From Acetatifactor sp. (lineage in GTDB: Bacteria > Bacillota > Clostridia > Lachnospirales > Lachnospiraceae), in NCBI GenBank assembly GCA_029064505.1, contig JAIEKC010000635.1:1-43323 (forward strand): a stretch of 43,323 bases of DNA. Reading direction: 5' to 3'. The notes beneath the pieces are model-generated. The model worked only from the letters and a program-made list of their open reading frames with translations. It had not been told where the DNA came from and did not search any database. Shown here piece after piece: positions 1-8,396 of the stretch; position 1 is the first letter of the stretch, and each line of letters opens with the position of its first letter. The translations under genes were made by a program, and so were the position numbers.

Positions 1-603
1 TCCATGTTTGACACACTGGATGATATCACGATCAGGGGGGCGGAGCTTCTTTCCTCCTTAAAAGACACGGTGGAATATGCCCGGATGAATAACGGGGAGA
101 TCGAATTAAACGAGACCGAATATGATTTCAGAGCTTTGCTGAATGGCATCTGCAGAAAAACCCAAAAATATTTTCAGGCAAATAACATTTCAATTCACAT
201 ACAGACAGATGACTCCGTCCCCACATATCTTTTAGGTGACGAAGGCCGTATCAGTCAGGTCCTTGTCAAAGTGTTAAACAATGCCGCCAATTACCCGGGA
301 ACTACCGAGATCCATGTCACCGCATGCTGCAGAACTTCTTCCTATGCCAAACTGTTGACCATTGAAGTTCATGACAACAGCGGCGGCATGACACAGGAGG
401 AATTGACCAGTTCAAATTACTATCTGGCAAACAATGACTTTCAATCAATAGAGTCTATGGAAGCATGCGGCATCGGACTTTCCATCATAGGGCTTTTGAT
501 CAGGCAAATGTCCGGCACCGTGAATATTTCCTGTATGGAGAACGTCGGAACGACCTATACTATACAAATACCGCAGTTACCTGCCAAACAGGAACCGGTC
601 TGA
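1..603 (+). CDS. Histidine kinase-like protein, C-terminal HATPase_c region (likely partial, frame open at window start)
   Basis: LLGDEGRISQVLVKVLNNAANY (N box-like), VHDNSGGM (G1-like), CGIGLSI (G2-like), GTTYTIQIP; H-box not in window. Confidence 0.8.
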   Translation, partial: SMFDTLDDITIRGAELLSSLKDTVEYARMNNGEIELNETEYDFRALLNGICRKTQKYFQANNISIHIQTDDSVPTYLLGDEGRISQVLVKVLNNAANYPGTTEIHVTACCRTSSYAKLLTIEVHDNSGGMTQEELTSSNYYLANNDFQSIESMEACGIGLSIIGLLIRQMSGTVNISCMENVGTTYTIQIPQLPAKQEPV

Positions 604-667
604 CGAAATACGGCAGAACTGCACTTTTGCGGCGGATTTCCTGATTACGGGAGAAAGGACTTGTCTC

Positions 668-2347
668 ATGGAACTTAACGCAACACAATATGCTGAAGCC
701 ATAGATGACTTCCTGCTAAAGATGGAGAAGCTTTCCGGTGAAGATGACCCCGATTTTCAGACGGCGGTCGGGAAGATTGCCACACTGCTCCGCATCGCCC
801 TGATCAAAGTAACTTTCTACATGACGCCTGAAAGCGAACCACAGGATATGGGAGAGGAGCTCTGCCTGTACAGAGACGGCACCGCAGATATGCGGCGCTG
901 CTATCAGCAAAGAGAAACCACGGTCAGCAGAAACATAGTTATCTACAATATATATCAGAAAACGGACGAACCGGACTGGTCCGAACAGGAGAGGGAGAAA
1001 CTCCAGATCCTCGCAAAAGTGCTTTTTGTGTATAACGGGCACTCCCGTATTATGAAACTGGCGGAATATCTTCTCTTTTACGACCATGATCTGAAGATTT
1101 ACAATCTGACTTATTTCAAAAAGCATGCCGACGAGATGATCTCGCAGAATCGGATCGGGGAATTTGCCGCCTGCTATTTCGATCTGGAACATTTCTCCAA
1201 TGTGAACCAGCAGGTAGGCATCGAACGGGGCAATCAGATCATGTTTACTTTTGTCCGCCGGCTTTATGAACTCTTTTCCGATTCGGAAGATGAACTTGTC
1301 TGCCGGGTTGGAGGGGATAATTTTATTGCCCTTTTTTATAAAGAACATACCGAAGCGGTAAGGAAATTTCTGGAAGGGACAGAGATCTCTGTTGAGGATA
1401 CCATACAGACCAAAGTCCTGATCACTGCTTCCGCGGGCTTTTATATGATTCCCGAAGACTGTGGTATGTCCTCAGATATTGTAGACCGCGTCAGCATGGC
1501 GAACAATGTCGCCAAAAATCTGGCGGCGGAATCCTCTGTTTTCTATAATGAAGCGCTTTTACAGCGTTTAAATGACATTACAGTGGTGCAAAATCTCTTT
1601 CCGGAAGCGCTTAAAAATGAGGAATTTCTTGTTTATTATCAGCCCAAGGTCTACTTAAAGAACTATAAGCTGATCGGGGCAGAGGCATTATGCCGCTGGC
1701 AACATAACGGCGAAATCATTCCTCCCGGAAAATTTATTCCCGTATTGGAGCAGAGCAAGGCTATCTGTTCTCTGGACTTCTACATGCTGGATCATGTGTG
1801 CAATGATATCCGCAAGTGGCTGGACGAGGGACGCAGGGTGGTAAAGGTATCCGTAAACCTGTCCCGCTGTCATTTTGGCAATATGAATCTGCTGAATGAT
1901 ATCCTGGATATCATTGATAAACATAATGTTCCGCACAAATATATTGAGATTGAATTAACGGAAACCACCACAGATGTCAGCTTTAAGGATTTAAAGGATA
2001 TTGTTTCCGGGCTGCAGGCCCACGGCATCAGTACTGCCGTGGATGATTTCGGTACAGGTTATTCTTCCCTGAATCTGGTGAGAGAGCTTCCCTGGAATAT
2101 GATCAAGATCGACAAAAGCTTTCTGGAAAAAAACGAGAATGCTCCGGAACAAAACCGTGTCATGCTGAAACATATTATCGCCATGTCACAGGAAATGGGA
2201 ATAACTTCAATTGCAGAAGGCGTGGAAACGATCGAACATGTGAAGATGCTAAAGGAAAACAACTGTTTCCTTGCACAGGGATTCTGTTTTGACAAGCCTC
2301 TTCCGAAAAATGTTTTTGAAAACCGTCTGGAACAATTAATGGCGTAA
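668..2347 (+). CDS. GGDEF(degenerate)-EAL protein, probable c-di-GMP phosphodiesterase with N-terminal GAF-like domain
   Basis: RVGGDNF, YYQPKV, GAEALCRW, SVNLS, IELTE, AVDDFGTGYSSL, IKIDKSF, AEGVE, AQGF; RBS GAAAGGA. Confidence 0.93.
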   Translation: MELNATQYAEAIDDFLLKMEKLSGEDDPDFQTAVGKIATLLRIALIKVTFYMTPESEPQDMGEELCLYRDGTADMRRCYQQRETTVSRNIVIYNIYQKTDEPDWSEQEREKLQILAKVLFVYNGHSRIMKLAEYLLFYDHDLKIYNLTYFKKHADEMISQNRIGEFAACYFDLEHFSNVNQQVGIERGNQIMFTFVRRLYELFSDSEDELVCRVGGDNFIALFYKEHTEAVRKFLEGTEISVEDTIQTKVLITASAGFYMIPEDCGMSSDIVDRVSMANNVAKNLAAESSVFYNEALLQRLNDITVVQNLFPEALKNEEFLVYYQPKVYLKNYKLIGAEALCRWQHNGEIIPPGKFIPVLEQSKAICSLDFYMLDHVCNDIRKWLDEGRRVVKVSVNLSRCHFGNMNLLNDILDIIDKHNVPHKYIEIELTETTTDVSFKDLKDIVSGLQAHGISTAVDDFGTGYSSLNLVRELPWNMIKIDKSFLEKNENAPEQNRVMLKHIIAMSQEMGITSIAEGVETIEHVKMLKENNCFLAQGFCFDKPLPKNVFENRLEQLMA

Positions 2348-2366
2348 GACAAACATATCCTTACTT

Positions 2367-2389
2367 CGCGGGCTGCTGCATTGCCCGCG
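2367..2389. terminator. GC-rich hairpin between EAL gene and luxS
   Basis: CGCGGGC-N9-GCCCGCG; no U-tract on + strand, so termination is uncertain. Confidence 0.35.
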
Positions 2390-2414
2390 GAAATAAATAT
2401 AACAGGAGAAGACT

Positions 2415-2894
2415 ATGGAAAAAATTGCAAGCTTTACCATCGACCACATCAAATTACAACCCGGTATCTATGTATCCCGCAAGGACAATATCGGGACGGA
2501 GGTCATCACTACTTTTGACCTGCGCATGACCAGCCCCAATGAGGAGCCTGTCATGAATACCGCCGAAGTACATACCATAGAGCATCTTGCCGCCACCTTT
2601 CTGCGGAACCACCCCGCTTATAAGGACAGGACAATTTATTTCGGCCCCATGGGCTGCCGCACGGGATTCTATCTTCTGTTGGCAGGGGATCTGTCTTCCA
2701 GAGATATTGTTCCTCTCATGATAGAAATGTTTGAATTCATCAGAGATTTCAAGGATGAGGTTCCCGGAGCTTCCCCCAGGGATTGCGGAAATTATCTGGA
2801 TATGAACCTTCCCATGGCAAACTATCTGGCAAAGAGATACCTGGACAGTGTTCTGTATCACATTGATGACAGCAGACTGTTCTATCCACAATAA
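2415..2894 (+). CDS. luxS: S-ribosylhomocysteine lyase (AI-2 synthase)
   Basis: IASFTIDH, HTIEHL, FGPMGCRTGFY, CGNY motifs; 159 aa; RBS AGGAG. Confidence 0.97.
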   Translation: MEKIASFTIDHIKLQPGIYVSRKDNIGTEVITTFDLRMTSPNEEPVMNTAEVHTIEHLAATFLRNHPAYKDRTIYFGPMGCRTGFYLLLAGDLSSRDIVPLMIEMFEFIRDFKDEVPGASPRDCGNYLDMNLPMANYLAKRYLDSVLYHIDDSRLFYPQ

Positions 2895-3102
2895 AAGTGT
2901 GCAATGTTTCTTTAAATCCGCCAAATACACGGACTAATACAACATTGCTTGATTCTTGCAGTAATTCAGTGCTTGATTCTTCTCACGGATTGCTTGTGCC
3001 CACTGTGTCGGTATGACTGAACGTGTAAGGAGAAGTTCTAAATCTCACGCTGAGCGGCAGGATAAATACAGGTAAAAATACATATAAGGAAATGAGGATA
3101 TT

Positions 3103-3801
3103 ATGAGCAAGACAGGAATTATCGGCGCTATGGAGCTGGAAGTGGAGACCTTAAAGTCTCAAATGACGGTTTCTCGGATCGTGAAAAAAGCAGGTATGGA
3201 ATTTTTTGAAGGAAGCCTCAACGGGGCACAGGCAGTTATCGTCCGCAGTGGCGTAGGCAAGGTAAATGCCGCTCTCTGCGTGCAGATCCTGGTGGATCTC
3301 TTTGAAGTCACCCATATAATCAACACCGGTGTGGCAGGTTCTTTGAACGCAAAGCTGGATGTCGGGGACATCCTGATCTCCAGGGATGCCCTTCATCATG
3401 ACGTGGATGTGACCATTTTCGGTTATAAGCCCGGAGAGGTACCCCAGCTTGGGATCCGCGAATTTCCTGCCGATGAGCGCCTGATGCAGCTGGCAAAGGC
3501 TTCCTGCGAGAAAGTGAACCCCGACTGCCACGCTGTGATCGGCCGTGTGGTCAGTGGTGACCAGTTCATATCCAATAAGGAAATAAAGGAAAAGCTGATC
3601 GCCTGTTTTCAAGGGGACTGTGCGGAAATGGAGGGAGCTTCCATTGCCCACGGCGCTTATCTGAATCAGGTGCCTTTCGTTATCATTCGGGCCATCTCCG
3701 ACAAGGCTGATGGCAGCGCGGAAATGGATTATCCCACCTTTGAGAAAGCTGCCGCTCTTCATTCTGCAGCTCTGGTGGCGGATATGGTGACATCCATCTG
3801 A
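3103..3801 (+). CDS. mtnN: 5'-methylthioadenosine/S-adenosylhomocysteine nucleosidase
   Basis: GIIGAMELE, SGVGKVNAA, INTGVAG, SGDQF, AEMEGA, RAISDKADG; follows luxS. Confidence 0.96.
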   Translation: MSKTGIIGAMELEVETLKSQMTVSRIVKKAGMEFFEGSLNGAQAVIVRSGVGKVNAALCVQILVDLFEVTHIINTGVAGSLNAKLDVGDILISRDALHHDVDVTIFGYKPGEVPQLGIREFPADERLMQLAKASCEKVNPDCHAVIGRVVSGDQFISNKEIKEKLIACFQGDCAEMEGASIAHGAYLNQVPFVIIRAISDKADGSAEMDYPTFEKAAALHSAALVADMVTSI

Positions 3802-3820
3802 TGATGACTATAGTAATTTT

Positions 3821-3857
3821 AGAAAAAGACCGTGCCGCAAAGGCACAGTCTTTTTCT
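3821..3857 (+). terminator. Intrinsic (likely bidirectional) terminator after mtnN
   Basis: AGAAAAAGAC-C-GTGCC-GCAAA-GGCAC-A-GTCTTTTTCT. Confidence 0.8.
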
Positions 3858-3876
3858 TGAGTGTATTTGTAAAATT

Positions 3877-3888
3877 GTAACAGTTCAG
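3877..3888. repeat. Copy of dispersed intergenic 12-mer GTAACAGTTCAG
   Basis: Identical 12-mer at 20458-20469 and 28637-28648, inverted at 20478-20489. Confidence 0.7.
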
Positions 3889-4075
3889 GCAGCCCCTCCC
3901 GCGAAGTCAAAATTGCGTCCCTTTGCAATTTACTGTTCAAATCCATCGTCCAGGGCAGGTCTTTCGTATAAATGGCCTCGAAGATATGTCCCCTATTCTG
4001 CAACAATTCGAAAAACACATACCCTGTTTCAAAATTACCCATTTTTAGTTCACATTTAAAAAATTATAATCCCGG

Positions 4076-4104
4076 GCAAACTTTTTAGCGGCAGAAAACG
4101 TTTA
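4076..4104 (+). promoter_or_regulatory. Candidate autoregulatory ECF-sigma promoter
   Basis: GCAAAC-N17-CGTTTA resembles the AAC/CGT consensus of SigW/SigM/SigX-type promoters; about 45 nt upstream of the ECF gene. Confidence 0.5.
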
Positions 4105-4149
4105 CTTAATGTAAGGAATCACAGAATTGCATCTGAGAAAGGAGGCACT

Positions 4150-4722
4150 TTGCAGGATCACGAACTGATAAAACGCATTCGTCAGGGTGAGAAGCAGCTG
4201 TTCGGGCAGCTGATAGAAAAATATTATGATGATGTTTTCCGTTACTGCTACTATCAGACGGGCAACGAGCATACCGCTTATGACTGTACACAGGAAACCT
4301 TTTATCATCTGATGCGTTTCCTGGAGAATTACAGAGAGCAGAATCGTTTTAAATCCTATCTCATCCGGATCGCACTGAATGTGTGCAAGGATTATTTCCG
4401 CAAAAACGGCAGCCGCACTGTCAGTGAAGTTTCCTACAACCAATGGACCGATAATGCCGCACCGGGACAGAACACGGCAAATATTCCTCCATCGGTTGTC
4501 GGACCGGAACGGGACACAGTGATAAGACTGCTGGTGCGGGAAGGTCTGATGCTTCTTTCCGAATCCCAGAGAGAAGTCATCGTCCTCTACTACTATCAGG
4601 GATATAAACTGAGGGAGATTGCCAGCCTTACGGGAGTGCCGCTGTCCACCGTAAAAACAAGACTTTATGCGGGAACAGAAAAGTTAAAACAATATTTAAA
4701 AGAGGAAGGAGGACTCATATGA
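4150..4722 (+). CDS. ECF RNA polymerase sigma-70 factor
   Basis: AYDCTQETF, FKSYLIRIALNVCKDYFRK (region 2), LSESQREVIVLYYYQGYKLREIASLTGVPLSTVKTRL (region 4); TTG start after AAAGGAGG. Confidence 0.93.
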   Translation: MQDHELIKRIRQGEKQLFGQLIEKYYDDVFRYCYYQTGNEHTAYDCTQETFYHLMRFLENYREQNRFKSYLIRIALNVCKDYFRKNGSRTVSEVSYNQWTDNAAPGQNTANIPPSVVGPERDTVIRLLVREGLMLLSESQREVIVLYYYQGYKLREIASLTGVPLSTVKTRLYAGTEKLKQYLKEEGGLI

Positions 4723-5591
4723 AAATATCTTTACCGCGAAGAGAAGAACTTATAAAAGACAGAAGGAAACCATTCCGGAGTAAGAGACGGCTTTCAGGAA
4801 AAGGTCTGCCTGAAAAAGATTTGGAACTGGAAACACTTTTAAAACAGTATACGCCCCCTGAAATTCGTCCGGATATACGCAAATCCCAGATAACACAGCT
4901 ATCCGCGGACATCCGTAATACAGATTACCTTCCCCGCCAGTCGTTTATGGAACAGATACTGACGCATATGTCATTTATATCCGGCTGGGTCTGGCTGTCA
5001 CAGGCCGGTATGCTATTTTTAATATTTTACTATATCTTTCAGACGGAACTGCTCCTGTTAAATACACTGCTGTCCTGTCTGGCGCCGGGATTATCCCTGA
5101 TCCTGGTCTACGAAGTATCCAAAAGCTTTCGCGCAGACATCTGGGAGATGGAAGCCGCCTGTCGCTATAATCTGGCACAGATTTTTTTCTTCCGTCTCTG
5201 CATTTTGTTCGGCGGAGATATTCTGGTACTTACGATCGCACTCATTGCCTACCGTATGGTGGGCGGACTGCTCTGGCAATTCTGCTACTATGCATTACTG
5301 CCCTTCTTCCTGACCGGCGCCGTGTCCCTGCATGTTCTTCGGCGTATCGGAAACCGTTGTAATTCCACTGTGATAGCTGCGGTTCCCCTGTCAGTGGGAA
5401 TATTGGATTTCTGGGTCATGCCCCCGGTGGAGAAAGGATTCTCCTTTGGCGGAATATCCCTTTCCAAAGGCATACCCATAGTCACCATGCTGGCACTTTT
5501 CCTCCTATTGTACAATACCCTGAAACTTTGTACCAAAATGCATTATTTGAACGAAAACAGAAAGGATCACAGCGCATGGAACTTCGAATAG
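4719..5591 (+). CDS. Multi-pass membrane protein coupled to ECF sigma (anti-sigma or permease-like)
   Basis: ATGA overlap with the sigma stop; about 75 aa soluble N-terminus then about 6 hydrophobic segments; WEMEAACRY motif. Confidence 0.75.
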   Translation: MKISLPRREELIKDRRKPFRSKRRLSGKGLPEKDLELETLLKQYTPPEIRPDIRKSQITQLSADIRNTDYLPRQSFMEQILTHMSFISGWVWLSQAGMLFLIFYYIFQTELLLLNTLLSCLAPGLSLILVYEVSKSFRADIWEMEAACRYNLAQIFFFRLCILFGGDILVLTIALIAYRMVGGLLWQFCYYALLPFFLTGAVSLHVLRRIGNRCNSTVIAAVPLSVGILDFWVMPPVEKGFSFGGISLSKGIPIVTMLALFLLLYNTLKLCTKMHYLNENRKDHSAWNFE

Positions 5592-6451
5592 AAAATCTTA
5601 CAAAACAGTACGGCACCTTTATTGCCATCAATAACCTGAGCGCAGTACTTACCTGCGGCGTCTACGGTCTATTGGGCGCCAACGGAGCAGGAAAGACTAC
5701 CCTGATGCGGCTCTTATGCGATATTCAGCTGCCCACCGCGGGAACCATCTGTTACGATGGTGAGAATATTCGGGAATACGGCGACCGCTACCGCAATGTG
5801 CTGGGGTATCTGCCCCAGGACTTCGGCTACTATCCCGATTTTACCGCCATGAAATTCTTATTGTATATGTCCGCCATCAAGGGACTCTCCAAAAGCTATG
5901 CCGGACAACGTTCTCTGGAATTGTTGGACGAAGTGGATCTGTTGCAGGTCAAGGACAAAAAGATCAAAACCTTTTCCGGAGGCATGAAACAACGCCTGGG
6001 GATTGCCCAGGCCATGCTCAACGACCCCAAAGTCCTGATTCTGGACGAGCCTACTTCCGGACTGGATCCCAAGGAGCGCGTCCGTTTCCGCAATCTGATC
6101 AGCAGCTTCTCCCGGAATAAGATCGTCCTGCTGTCCACCCATATCGTGTCGGACGTGGAATACATAGCGGGAAATATTCTTGTCATGAAAAAAGGAGAAT
6201 TTATCCACAAGGGCAAACCTGACGAGATCATCCACACCGTGGACGGCAAAGTCTGGGAATGCCGGGTAGCCGACAGGGAAGTACCTTCTCTGGAAAGCAG
6301 ATTCAATATCGGAAATATGCGCACAGAAGGAGAAAACATTATACTGCGCATCATCAGTGAGGAGAAACCTCTGGAAGACGCAGTGAACGTTACTCCGAAC
6401 CTGGAGGATTTATATCTTTATTATTTCAGCGATGAAGATCATCCACAGTAA
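5576..6451 (+). CDS. ABC transporter ATP-binding protein
   Basis: GANGAGKT, FSGGMKQR, LILDEPT, STH; start moved to ATG 5576 (MELRIENL) after AAAGGA. Confidence 0.95.
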   Translation: MELRIENLTKQYGTFIAINNLSAVLTCGVYGLLGANGAGKTTLMRLLCDIQLPTAGTICYDGENIREYGDRYRNVLGYLPQDFGYYPDFTAMKFLLYMSAIKGLSKSYAGQRSLELLDEVDLLQVKDKKIKTFSGGMKQRLGIAQAMLNDPKVLILDEPTSGLDPKERVRFRNLISSFSRNKIVLLSTHIVSDVEYIAGNILVMKKGEFIHKGKPDEIIHTVDGKVWECRVADREVPSLESRFNIGNMRTEGENIILRIISEEKPLEDAVNVTPNLEDLYLYYFSDEDHPQ

Positions 6452-6498
6452 ACCTCAGATTTTCACAGCTATACAACGGAAAGGAGAATAATGAGAAA

Positions 6499-7629
6499 AT
6501 GAAGCAACTGATCAGTTTTGAAATCAAAAAAATGCTGCGAAAGCCTTTGGTCTGGGCCGCCCTCACAGGCCTTATCGTCTTTATCGCACTTATGGAATAT
6601 TCCTGGGTGGTACCGGGATATGCCTGCATACAGACAGAAAACGACGGAAAGCGGGTTACCATTGAAGGTTTTGAGGCAATCGCGATCAACAAGGAGATCA
6701 GCGCCGCCTATTGCGGTCCCCTCACGGACGAAAAAGCCCGTTCCATTATAGAGACTTATGATATGCCGGATTCTCTCTGGGAAAGCAACGACATCGACCC
6801 CGGCCGGGAATACCACTATTCCCACAATCTGCTATATGATTCACTATCCGCAAACGGCTTTGTGAATCCTGACGGCAGTTACAAAGGTACTACTGTGGAA
6901 GAGGTCTTCGGCGCTCTCGCGCCGGGAATGATCATCGGCTACTCTACCGGTTGGGAATGCACCATAAATGTACTGCTCTATTCCTTCCTGCTCTGGGGCT
7001 GTATCCTTGTGGTCATCGTCTCCCCCGTCTTCTCAGAGGAATACACGATCCACATGGATGCCCTGATCCTTACAGGTATCCATGGCCGCAGAAAATGTAC
7101 CCTGGCAAAAATCGTCTCCGCCTTCCTCATCACCACCGTCGGTTCCGCCCTTCTCCTGTCGGTCTGCACCCTTCTGCACCTGAGCGTGCACGGAAGCGTT
7201 GGATGGGACAGTTCCGTACAACTGGGAGAACTGGGATATTTCGGAAGCGTTCCCTATCAGCTGAACTGGCTGCAGCTCTATGGGCTCTCCTGCATTGCCT
7301 GGTTCGGGGGAATGTTCGTGCTGACCTCCATTGTACTGGTAGTGTCCGCACTGGGAAAAAGCTCTTTCAGTGCGCTGGTGATCGCCTTTGTAATCTATGT
7401 GGTTCCCATGTTCCTGCCCTGGAATATCCTTCCGGAATCCCTGGAACTTTGGGGTTATCTGCTGCCGATCACACAGATGCAGCTCCTCAAACTCTTTCGC
7501 TTTGATCTGATAGCGCTGGGCAGCCTTACATTTCCGCCGGTGTATCTGGCCATTCCGATCACTGTTATCATATCGATCGCGGGTATTCTGTGGTCTAAGA
7601 GAGGATTTTCCCGGCATCAGGTGGTGTAA
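6499..7629 (+). CDS. ABC-2 type transporter permease
   Basis: N-terminal FEIKK, one TM, extracytoplasmic loop, SPVFSEEY motif and about 5 further TMs; RBS AAGGAG. Confidence 0.88.
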   Translation: MKQLISFEIKKMLRKPLVWAALTGLIVFIALMEYSWVVPGYACIQTENDGKRVTIEGFEAIAINKEISAAYCGPLTDEKARSIIETYDMPDSLWESNDIDPGREYHYSHNLLYDSLSANGFVNPDGSYKGTTVEEVFGALAPGMIIGYSTGWECTINVLLYSFLLWGCILVVIVSPVFSEEYTIHMDALILTGIHGRRKCTLAKIVSAFLITTVGSALLLSVCTLLHLSVHGSVGWDSSVQLGELGYFGSVPYQLNWLQLYGLSCIAWFGGMFVLTSIVLVVSALGKSSFSALVIAFVIYVVPMFLPWNILPESLELWGYLLPITQMQLLKLFRFDLIALGSLTFPPVYLAIPITVIISIAGILWSKRGFSRHQVV

Positions 7630-7673
7630 ATATACGGATTTTTGAATCCTGTCCGCAAAAACCGCACACAAAT

Positions 7674-7752
7674 CGAGCAGAGAAGATTCCCCCTCCTCTG
7701 CTCGCACGCCGGGCACCCGTCAGCTTGCTGACATGTTTCATTCGGGTGCCCG
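7674..7752. terminator. Two hairpins between convergent genes
   Basis: CGAGCAGAG/CTCTGCTCG (7674-7704) and CGGGCACCCG/CGGGTGCCCG (7710-7752). Confidence 0.55.
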
Positions 7753-7759
7753 TGTATGT

Positions 7760-8209
7760 TTACTTCGCAGTCTGTTCTTCCACAGACTTGTCCTTCTTAA
7801 ATACAAAGAATTTGCTGATGATATAGTTTCCGACCATGACAAGCGCCGACACAAAGATCTTGGAAAATCCCTCATGAATATGCAGGATATTTACCATCAA
7901 TATCATCATCACCGCGTCCAGTGCCCATGTGGAAAGCCGTCCGCCGGAGAATTGCAGGAACTCCTTCCAGATATTCGGTTCATGACTCTTAAATACGAAT
8001 TTGCGGTTCATGAAATATCCTGTGACAACGCCCACCACCCATGAAATAATACTCAGTAGGAAATTCTGCCATACGATTTCCGCATCCAGAAAAGTATATG
8101 CACAGGTAAACCACGCCGCCCACGAAATTATAGTATTCACCACACCTACAATCAGATAAACAATGATCTCTTCATACTTTACATACAATTCCTTTATTTT
8201 TTCAGCCAT
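7760..8209 (-). CDS. GtrA family membrane protein (putative undecaprenyl-phosphate-sugar flippase)
   Basis: YLIVGVVNT, YFMNRKFVF, NYIISKFFVF; 4 TM; start chosen at 8209 after GAGG. Confidence 0.92.
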   Translation of the reverse strand: MAEKIKELYVKYEEIIVYLIVGVVNTIISWAAWFTCAYTFLDAEIVWQNFLLSIISWVVGVVTGYFMNRKFVFKSHEPNIWKEFLQFSGGRLSTWALDAVMMILMVNILHIHEGFSKIFVSALVMVGNYIISKFFVFKKDKSVEEQTAK

Positions 8210-8328
8210 TTCAATCCTCATTTCCGCATATTACTTTCATGCGCCGCCATCCCTTGTTGTCGCATATTCATATGCAATATACTTATTCTTTCCATCAGTA
8301 TTTGCCCTTACGCAAAACTCATGCTGTC

Positions 8329-8357
8329 ATTCTACTATAAATTTGCGCGCTTGGCAA
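8329..8357 (-). promoter_or_regulatory. Sigma-A promoter of gtrA-family gene
   Basis: TTGCCA-N17-TAGAAT on minus strand. Confidence 0.7.
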
Positions 8358-8396
8358 GTTTGAGGATCTAATGGAAGCGTCTGTTTAAAAACGGAA

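Noticed and set aside
2895-3102. SAM or SAH riboswitch before mtnN
   Set aside because: No SAM-I (ATC..AGAG..GAGGGA..GGCCC) or SAH consensus recognisable
3683-4042. 119-aa minus-strand ORF in the mtnN-sigma spacer
   Set aside because: No RBS, runs through a bidirectional terminator into mtnN, no recognisable motif; a gene relic cannot be excluded without BLASTX
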